DNA from: Candidatus Bathyarchaeia archaeon
GTDB taxonomy: Archaea > Thermoproteota > Bathyarchaeia > Bathyarchaeales > Bathycorpusculaceae
DNA length: 64,000 bases
Direction: 5' to 3'
NCBI GenBank assembly: GCA_049512075.1
Contig: JBEKXL010000003.1
Span: 143,688-207,687, forward strand
Each line of letters begins with the position of its first letter. Positions within the stretch are counted from its first letter, which is position 1. Of the stretch, positions 56,561 through 64,000 are shown piece after piece. Made by a program: the position numbers and the translations under genes. The notes below the pieces were generated by a model. That model ran no database searches, was not told where the DNA came from, and saw only the letters and a list, made by a program, of their open reading frames with translations.

Positions 56561-57064
56561 GCCCCAAGAAAGAGCTTTGCAAAACTCTTTTTCTCTTTTT
56601 ACCATAAAGTTGGCTTCTTTGATGAAATGAAAGAAAGACGCGTCAGTTTTGGATATTATTGGCTTCCTCCATTAATGCGAAAGAAATATGTTTTAGCTTG
56701 TTTATTTATCGTTAATTTGTAGCTGAGATTTATGCCGAGTGTAATGAAACGTAAACAAAAGAATACTCAAATCGCACAACAGAAAAAGACAGAACGGGAT
56801 AAAGAAGCGAAAAAGAAACAGTTGAGACAGCAACTTCCTGCCAAGGGCAAGAAACGTTAAAGCCACTAAAGGAGCTATGGTAACCATCTAAAAGCTTATA
56901 CCTAGAAGACAACAATACAGCGCGCGCTGTTCTGGAAAGACCGAATGAACCAAACTGGCGAAATCTTCATTGCAGTTGAGGTATATAGTGGATACATTCA
57001 AAGAAGAACTTGGGCGACAGATTTGCCCGCCTTAGTCGTCTAGAGTGCGATTTGGGTTTACGCC

Positions 57065-57601
57065 CTATTCTTCTTTTTCTTTCATGTCCAGCAGCATATG
57101 TTTGGCAAGGGTTGAGAAGGTTAAGTATCGATAGTGCACTTTGTCATCAAGGTCTATTATGAAACTGTGAAGTTCATACTTGCTTAAGTGAGCAAACTGT
57201 TTTAGCCATCGTTGGAACTGCATGTAGCCAGAATAGCTTTCATGAAGGGAAATCACAACACCGTTGGCGCCTTCGCCTAGGCCTCTTTCGATCATCACGG
57301 CTTGAGGTATTTCCGCCAATCTTTTTCCATATTCCTCGATGAGCTTCCTCATGGCTTGCAGGTCAGTTGGTGTTTCGAAATTCGCAAAAGTCAACGCGCA
57401 TAAGTGATATCCGAGTTTGTTGAAATCCGGGATAACAGTGTATTCTCTGAGAACATCATCCTTCTCTAACTTCGCAATCGTTCTGCTCACGGTAGGTTGA
57501 GAGACTCCAATTGCTTTCGCAAGCTCTCTGTCGCTTCTCCGACTGTTCTTCATAAGTTCAGAAATCAGACGGCGCTCAACAGGTTTCATATGCAACAACA
57601 T
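57065..57601 (-). CDS. Lrp/AsnC family regulator
   Basis: LMKNSRRSDRELAKAIGVSQPTVSR...YTVIPDFNKLGY. Confidence 0.9.
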   Translation of the reverse strand: MLLHMKPVERRLISELMKNSRRSDRELAKAIGVSQPTVSRTIAKLEKDDVLREYTVIPDFNKLGYHLCALTFANFETPTDLQAMRKLIEEYGKRLAEIPQAVMIERGLGEGANGVVISLHESYSGYMQFQRWLKQFAHLSKYELHSFIIDLDDKVHYRYLTFSTLAKHMLLDMKEKEE

Positions 57602-57644
57602 GACACTATTCCGAATGCTGGGCAGTTAAGTTTTTTGTTTCAAT

Positions 57645-58013
57645 CTATTCAAGTGCGCATGCAGAAATATCCTGACTTTGCCACTTCTTTCCACGGATAA
57701 ATCCTCCATACTTGCAGAATAACATCAGGCCTATTGCTACTACAGTTACAGGATAAATGAAGAGAATAACAGTCATGGTGGTAGAATTTATCCAAACTGA
57801 AGGACCATGTTGCAAGACTAACACTAATCTATAAAGCATAGGAAAAGGGTTGAAAACAAAGAAAACATAACTCCAGACAGAAACTACAGCATCAATTGTA
57901 ACGTACAGAATCCCGTCATTCACCAGTATCGTCAAGAGTAAGCTTACTATTCCATAGACTAAAAGAAAATAGACTAGCGCGCACGCTAATTTGCTCATGG
58001 CTCCACTTCCCAT
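57645..58013 (-). CDS. Hypothetical membrane protein
   Basis: Three hydrophobic segments; AT-rich. Confidence 0.5.
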   Translation of the reverse strand: MGSGAMSKLACALVYFLLVYGIVSLLLTILVNDGILYVTIDAVVSVWSYVFFVFNPFPMLYRLVLVLQHGPSVWINSTTMTVILFIYPVTVVAIGLMLFCKYGGFIRGKKWQSQDISACALE

Positions 58014-58362
58014 TGCGAATCAAATACAACTGCGATGTAAAATATGCTTTTGGTTTGGACAAGACTATACCCCAACCTTAATCTGAACACTGTTCACAAG
58101 TAATGCCGATGCAGAACAGAGAACCCGATGTATCTTCGGAGTGGCTCATGAAAAATGCCGGGCCAGTTACCAGATATCACACCGCCGTGAGCTTCTTACC
58201 GAAGAAGGAAGAGCTCCAGCTCTAAAAAAGACCTTATGACCAACCAACGTGTAACACTTATTCCCAGAATATTCTGGGCAGACCCGATGTGCCTTCGGGA
58301 TAACTTGACTTTTTTTTACTTGCGCGTTCGCACATGGAAAGAAAGAGAGGAAAATGCTGAAG

Positions 58363-58758
58363 TTATGGATGCATTGGCTGCAGTATGGCGAATTGGTTGC
58401 CTTCAGGATCAACGGCTATTGCTGTCCAGCCTACTTGCGGAACTTCTTGCTTCGCAACAATGATCTTTCCACCGAGCTTCTTGATTTTTTCGATGTATTC
58501 ATCAGCGGACTCGACTGAAATGTAGATGACGGGCTTCATCTCCTTATTGGTCTTCTTGTACAAGCCTCCATTAACGCCTGGTCGCATAGGTCTCATCTGC
58601 TTGTCCACTGGTACCGTGCCGAGAAGCCAGTATTCCATGGGTCCACTCATGTCTTCGCTGCCTTTCTCGATCTTCCATCCGAAGACTCCAGAATAGAATT
58701 TCTTCAGTTTCTCGGTGTCGTTTGCCGGGATTTCGAAATGAACAACTGTGTGGTCCAT
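58363..58758 (-). CDS. VOC/glyoxalase family protein
   Basis: VVHFEIPA, FYSGVFGW, INGG-like VNGG, DPEGN. Confidence 0.92.
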   Translation of the reverse strand: MDHTVVHFEIPANDTEKLKKFYSGVFGWKIEKGSEDMSGPMEYWLLGTVPVDKQMRPMRPGVNGGLYKKTNKEMKPVIYISVESADEYIEKIKKLGGKIIVAKQEVPQVGWTAIAVDPEGNQFAILQPMHP

Positions 58759-58900
58759 TATTTCCACCTCTATTTTCGTCAACACAATGTCTTCGAGCTA
58801 ATTAAATGTATGTTGCTCATGGCCACTGCATCAACGCACCTTAGGTTTTCGGGTTCTGATTCGACAGGTCCGCCCCAGCGCCCATACGTGTTCCGCGCGC

Positions 58901-59070
58901 GCTGAGCGCCGTGAACAAGGCTACAGTTCCCGCAATAATCATCGAAACGATAACAGCGGGCCCTGCATAGCCCACAGCAATCCCCAGCACAACGAAAATT
59001 CCCGCACCAATTATCGCTCCAACCCGATTGCCGAAGCGTCCAGAAGATTGAGGGTTCTTTTCAGCTCCAC
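58901..59070 (-). pseudogene. N-terminal fragment of an APC amino-acid permease (frameshifted, truncated)
   Basis: MELKRTLNLLDASAIG/VGAIIGAGIFVVLG...AGPAVIVSMIIAG.VALFTALS, then ends in a (GC)4 run. Confidence 0.85.
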
Positions 59071-59177
59071 TATTTTCCCCTTGACAAATCTGAAAACGTA
59101 GCGCGCGCTAGCATTTTCATCTGTCTTTTGTCAAGTTCGTCTGTCGCGTATACTTAGGGGCAAGCATGAACCGATAA

Positions 59178-60146
59178 TTAGCGCGCGCCAGATGCGAGTT
59201 TCGTTGGCAAGACATCATCACGAGAGTCTGGCGATTTTCGTGTTGTTTCACTCTTGGTTGAGGGTTTTGGTGGTTCTATTCTCACTTTTATTTCCGTCAC
59301 CTCATCGAATTCTTTCTTCACTTGTTCCTCTATCTTTGTCGCTATCTGATCAGCTTCTCTCACCGACATGTCGCCGTCAACTACAACATGCATGTCACCT
59401 ACCAAGTATGGTCCCAGCTTTCGCATACGAATGTCATGCACTTCTCTAACATTCTTGACATCCTTTGCAATGTTTTCTATATCCAACAGTATGTCTGAGC
59501 ATTGACACGCGTCCATTAGGATCAGTGACGATTCTTTTATCACTGAGTATGCCACGGTGAAGACGAAGAAGGCGATTATTATTCCAGCAATGGAATCTGT
59601 CACTCTGATGTTCAAGTATTTGCTCAAGGCTATGCCGACAAAGGCTGTTAAAGAAGTGAGCACATCTTTGGTCGAGTTGAACGCATCTGCCTTGAGCGCT
59701 AAGGAATCATATCTTCTTGCAGCGCGAGCTTTAAAAAATAATATTACCCCTGCTACAGCGGTTGCTAAGAGTGCGGTTGCCATGGCTATCTCTGCGTTGA
59801 CTATCTCTCTGGGAAAAAGCAACCCCTGGTAAGACTCATAAAGGACCAGTCCGCCCGAAACAGTCAAGACGAAAGCGGCGATTATGCTGCTGAAATTCTC
59901 AACTCTGTAATAGCCAAAATGAAATTTGCCATCTGGGGCTTTTCCCGATAATCGCAAACCAACCCAGACGATCAACGAAACAGCGGCATCGGCGAAGGAT
60001 TGGACACCATCAGCGATTAACGCAAGACTCAAGGAGAATATTCCAACGAACACTTCGGCTATGCCCACCAGTACCAGAACCGCAAAAGATTTTTCCGCAA
60101 CTGCTCCGCCTTTGGCAAGTCTGGTTGACTGCAATCTACTAGTCAC
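59178..60146 (-). CDS. CDF family transporter
   Basis: SLALIADGVQSFAD, PDGKFHFGYYRVE, LKADA, RIEP. Confidence 0.9.
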   Translation of the reverse strand: MTSRLQSTRLAKGGAVAEKSFAVLVLVGIAEVFVGIFSLSLALIADGVQSFADAAVSLIVWVGLRLSGKAPDGKFHFGYYRVENFSSIIAAFVLTVSGGLVLYESYQGLLFPREIVNAEIAMATALLATAVAGVILFFKARAARRYDSLALKADAFNSTKDVLTSLTAFVGIALSKYLNIRVTDSIAGIIIAFFVFTVAYSVIKESSLILMDACQCSDILLDIENIAKDVKNVREVHDIRMRKLGPYLVGDMHVVVDGDMSVREADQIATKIEEQVKKEFDEVTEIKVRIEPPKPSTKSETTRKSPDSRDDVLPTKLASGAR

Positions 60147-60230
60147 GTTCCCAAGCTAGTCCTTGATATGGATTATAGCACGCGCTTATAGGGTGTCGGT
60201 ACTGCCGGTTGTCTGGGGCGCGCTAGTTAC

Positions 60231-61157
60231 CTACACCGGAGTTAACCATTCTTTGTGTTTCTCCGCTTTTCCAGCTACCAAGTCCGTGTAGTATTCAGCT
60301 GTACGCTTCGTTACGGGTCCAGGATACTCTTTGCCCAGGGGCAAGTCATCTATGCTGGTTATCGGAGTGATCTCCCCACCAGTTCCACACAAGAAAACCT
60401 CATCAGACCCATAAAGCTCAACGCGCGCGATGTCCCTCACCTCAACTGGAACGTCTAAATCTTCTGGTATTATTTTGAGAAGCGTTTCTCTCGTGACACT
60501 CTCGAGAATTGACGCGGTCACTGGCGGAGTTACCACTTTTCCATTTCTCACTACCATTATGCAGGCGCCGGTTCCTTCACTGATAAAACCCCGGTTATCC
60601 AAGAATATTGCGCCATCACGACCCAACCTCACGGCTTCTCGCAGCGCTAAGGCAGAATTGCCGTAATTAGCCCAAGTCTTCGCCTGTGGAGGAAGCGCAT
60701 CGGAAGCGATACGTCGCCAACTGCTAATCATGAACCTGCGATTCTTAGAAAACTGCGGGTTGTCCCTGCCCAGAACGGTCTCGAAGGTCCATGCTGGAAT
60801 GACGATATGAACGTCTTGTGGTGCTCCGGCCTTTGGCCAGATTCTGGGTTGAATGTAAACGTTCGTGTCGAAACCATTAGTCTCAATAGTCTTTCTTGTG
60901 GCCTCAAGAAGCTCCTCGTTGGTGTAAGGTATCTTCATTCCACAGACTGCTGCAGACCGGTGGAGACGTTCAACGTGAGGCGTCCATCGAAAAATGTTCA
61001 ATTTCCCTCTGCTCTTGACATCATTCTCTACGTAAGCCTTTATTCCCTCGAAAATGCCGAGATGTATAGGTTCCATGGCAGAGACAAGCGCCTTTTCAGT
61101 CTCGATGATCTCACCGTTCATCCAACAGAACTCTGCACCGTGAAATGCAACAGACAT
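60231..61157 (-). CDS. ilvE: Branched-chain amino acid aminotransferase (class IV PLP)
   Basis: FEGIKAY, HVERL, AK..ANY, ISEGTG, ILESVTR, FLCGTGGEITP. Confidence 0.88.
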   Translation of the reverse strand: MSVAFHGAEFCWMNGEIIETEKALVSAMEPIHLGIFEGIKAYVENDVKSRGKLNIFRWTPHVERLHRSAAVCGMKIPYTNEELLEATRKTIETNGFDTNVYIQPRIWPKAGAPQDVHIVIPAWTFETVLGRDNPQFSKNRRFMISSWRRIASDALPPQAKTWANYGNSALALREAVRLGRDGAIFLDNRGFISEGTGACIMVVRNGKVVTPPVTASILESVTRETLLKIIPEDLDVPVEVRDIARVELYGSDEVFLCGTGGEITPITSIDDLPLGKEYPGPVTKRTAEYYTDLVAGKAEKHKEWLTPV

Positions 61158-61249
61158 AAACGGACAGCACCCCCGAACAAAACCTAAGCTCGCAACGCCC
61201 CATATTTATGAGTTTTGATGCAAACCATGGTTGATCTCGCTATAAGCGT

Positions 61250-61406
61250 TAGCCTATGCCTGATCCTAAATTCGTCTGCGAGGCGGCTTTTGCTTCCGGT
61301 TTTCATTCGTTCATGGATCGTGGTGTGCATTTGGATACTAAAAGCGTCATTTAGAAGGCGAAACTTAAGCGTCATTTAGCCAAAATTTAGGAACATACGT
61401 GCGTAC
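61250..61406. mobile_element. MITE-like element, copy B
   Basis: Ends ATGCC-TGATCCTAAATTC (61256-73) and AATTTAGGAACA (61384-95); interior aligns without gaps to the reverse complement of copy A. Confidence 0.65.
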
Positions 61407-61484
61407 AATGGTTAGCACATGGTTACAGCAAAATCTAAGTAAGTGCGCAGCTCCTCACGCTTCGGGGGGCATTACACGACGCGT

Positions 61485-62288
61485 ATGACCCATGCTTCTT
61501 CTCCAGAAACTCCTCCCGCAACAGGCCAGCCGCCGTCAGTAAGCACGAGGTCAAGGAAGAGGTTCTATGCCGTGCTAGGGATTATTGCGGTTGCTGCTGT
61601 TGCTCTAACCCTCGTACTGGTTTTGACACCTCCAAGTGTGGGCGCAACCATACCTTTGACGTACAAATACACTCCAGGAGAGGAAATGACCTACAACGCG
61701 ACCACCATAGCGATGCCGGAGGTTGGAGCGAACATAACAGAACCGGACACAGTCGGAATGGACATCATCAGTTTCGACGGAGAAAACTGCACGATCAACG
61801 AGACAGGGTCAGCTCCAGCGCTTGGTTACTATCAAGCCTACTTCATTTTCACCAGGAACAGCACCGGCTATATAACGTCTGTTAACGGCGTGCCCTGAAG
61901 CGGGTTGTCTTCCGCGTACAGCCATCTTCAGTTTTTCTTTCCGAAAGAAGAGGCAAGGGTGAACGACACCTGGCAAGTTCCGGTGAACTCGAACAATTCG
62001 TTGATTGGTTACAACGGAGTTTTCACCTACAAGTTCGGTAGCGTTAAGAAAATCACGGTACCCGCGGGCACGTACAAGGTCTTCAAGATAGACGTTTCAA
62101 GCAGCAACCTAACGAGCTCGGTTACCGAAAACCTTGTGTTCACATTCGATGTTCAAGCGTACCTTGAGTACGGGACCTGCTGCATGATTGATGCCAACAT
62201 TCAAAGCAGCTTAGGCATTGCAGGGGGCCAGACTGTTGAGAACTCCACAACAACAACACAGGTGACGCTCATAAAGCGCACATTGTAG
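61485..62288 (+). pseudogene. Membrane-anchored beta-rich exported protein split by an in-frame TGA (61896-61898)
   Basis: ORFs 61443..61898 and 61905..62288 share a frame; N-terminal TM, ITVPAGTY motif. Confidence 0.7.
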
Positions 62289-62608
62289 CATATAGAACGC
62301 CTTGGAACATGAGAAGCATCGCTCAGAGGGGCATTCTTAACTCGATCAAGCTTGGAAGAATGAATTCAGGAACAAGCATGCACGCACTTTCGGCAGTGCA
62401 ATCAAATCCTCATTAGAATGCGGAGTAATATCTCCTTTTGCAGTGGATGGAGGTAGAGAAAGGGGCTTTGCGGGAGATGCCTCCACTGCTGGGGTGTGGG
62501 AAGCACCACTTCTGTCTCTGGGAATAACGCGTTATACTGAAGCTGTCATAATTCCAGACTGGTAAAGAGTTCTTTCTGCAACCTAGTGGGGCTGTCGCTT
62601 GTTTTCTT

Positions 62609-63337
62609 CTAGACGGGCTTGTTGTAGTTTAGGAGGCCAATCCAACCGCAGATTACGCGGGTTTTCGCCTTCTCATCGTCTAACGTTACCTCTATCGGCG
62701 GGCGCCCTTCAGGTGCTTGTTTAAACAGGTACTTCTCGAAGCGTCTTGCCCAATCCACTTTGAACAGTGCAATTGCAAACGCTATCCCGACACCTGTGCT
62801 TATCACCAAGGACATTAGGTCGCTTCCTACGCCAAATATGTCCCTGATGATGCCTATTGAAAATCTACTGCCGTAAGCCACAGCTAGGCTCAAGAGTAAT
62901 TTCCCAGTTAGGGCAGGCGCGAAAGCTTTGATTGGATTGTAACGGGAAGCGCCGAGCGGAATGAAAACCAAGTCATCGGGCAGGGGTGTCAAGGCAAAGG
63001 CAAATATCGCGATGGCACCGAACTTGTTGAAGACCTTGACCAGAAAATCCACGTTCTTCTTGTATTTTCCAGTTATGACTTTCTTACTGCTGAGGCCGAG
63101 TAAATACCCAGAGAGTTCTCCGATTGCTCCGCCGAGTGTTGCAGCTAAGGCAATCAGCAGAGGCGCAAAGACCCAACCGCCGCCAATCTTGAGGCCGGCA
63201 AGAGTGAAGACAACAATCGTATCCGGAACTGGTACAATGATGGACATGGCACCAGCCAGGCTCATGACAAATACTCCCAAATATCCGTACTGCATGCAGA
63301 GATTGTACATCCAAGTGAAAATGCCTTGGAACTGCAA
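62609..63337 (-). CDS. VTT/DedA (SNARE-associated) membrane protein
   Basis: GAIGELSGYLLG, FALTPLPDD, GK. Confidence 0.88.
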   Translation of the reverse strand: MQFQGIFTWMYNLCMQYGYLGVFVMSLAGAMSIIVPVPDTIVVFTLAGLKIGGGWVFAPLLIALAATLGGAIGELSGYLLGLSSKKVITGKYKKNVDFLVKVFNKFGAIAIFAFALTPLPDDLVFIPLGASRYNPIKAFAPALTGKLLLSLAVAYGSRFSIGIIRDIFGVGSDLMSLVISTGVGIAFAIALFKVDWARRFEKYLFKQAPEGRPPIEVTLDDEKAKTRVICGWIGLLNYNKPV

Positions 63338-63454
63338 CGTGATTCCTCCAGGTGTCTACAGCGCTAATCCGACATCCTTTGCATTATTAACTGTTATTCA
63401 GAATTAGACACGATTTTGTTCACAATCTGATCATACGCTTTGCGCACGCAACAG

Positions 63455-63990
63455 TAGTTTCCCCCGGAGCAAGCTCCGGGGCTCTATGGTGTTGCTTCTT
63501 CTTGTTCTTCTCGTATGTATTTTCTGACGGCGTCGAGGTTTAGTCCGCCTACTGTGTTAACGCAGTATCCGCCTGCCCAGAGCCTTCCTTCCCAGAGGTG
63601 CCTCTTTAGGTCTGGAAACTCTTGGAAGAGCGTCCTGGCGGTTATGCTTTTCAGGGTTCTCACAACGTCGGGTATGGCCTGTTTGGGTTGTAGTTTGAGT
63701 AGGACGTGTATGTGGTCGGGGGAGACTTTCAGCTCATCCAGAGTGTAGCCGTACTCATCAGCGACTCGACGGATAACCTGTTCAGCCCTTTCACCCACCT
63801 TGCCCCGCAGTATGTTCCGCCGGTACTTTGGAACCCAGACGACGTGGTAGTAAAGGTTGTGTACTGTGTGCGCCCCGGCCTCCATCTCCAAGGTTATCTC
63901 CACATTTTCGTAACACACGCTCAGTATAAAGGCTTAAGTGGGGGAATTCACCGCCCGGGGCAAGCCCCGGGGTTCTCTTCCCCCACACCC
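63455..63990 (-). mobile_element. IS200/IS605-family element, tnpA only
   Basis: Sub-terminal hairpins CCCCGGAGCAAGCTCCGGGG (63462-81) and CCCGGGGCAAGCCCCGGG (63954-71) bracket tnpA. Confidence 0.88.
63484..63918 (-). CDS. tnpA: Y1 HUH transposase
   Basis: YHVVWVPKYRR, DHIH (HUH), LKSITAR, LWAGGY, KYI. Confidence 0.95.
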   Translation of the reverse strand: MCYENVEITLEMEAGAHTVHNLYYHVVWVPKYRRNILRGKVGERAEQVIRRVADEYGYTLDELKVSPDHIHVLLKLQPKQAIPDVVRTLKSITARTLFQEFPDLKRHLWEGRLWAGGYCVNTVGGLNLDAVRKYIREEQEEATP

Positions 63991-64000
63991 TTGAAATAGA

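Noticed and set aside
62440-62489. GCAGTGGA/TCCACTGC inverted repeat as an ncRNA
   Set aside because: Single 8-bp stem between convergent genes with no further support

Overview
Archaeal chromosome segment, most consistent with Bathyarchaeia (TACK); this lineage call is inferred from TBP, PolB, archaeal DnaG, pelota, DUF1512, archaeal aaRSs and an intron-containing tRNA-Trp. Conserved core blocks at about 21.8-41.1 kb and 50.5-53.9 kb hold 5S rRNA, map, trpS, pheST, tyrS, dnaG, polB, AOR, pelota, TBP, a tRNA thiolase, AK6 and RNase P RNA. They alternate with accessory regions. Main results from reading the sequence: (1) an ~9 kb integrated satellite/plasmid-like element (41.2-50.4 kb) carries a type I hammerhead ribozyme fold directly after a stop codon, linked to mutually exclusive hairpins; (2) an unassigned ~310-nt structured RNA-like region lies between pheT/GNAT and tyrS; (3) a tyrosine integrase ORF runs out of the 3' end of the RNase P RNA gene; (4) (GC)4-5 runs are strongly enriched in accessory DNA and mark the breakpoints of three truncated genes; (5) there is a second, 5'-truncated and divergent tRNA-Trp with an extra insertion; (6) dnaG appears to start at ACG; (7) a ~160-bp MITE-like family is present. 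All protein calls come from motif recognition by eye; no searches or folding programs were run.
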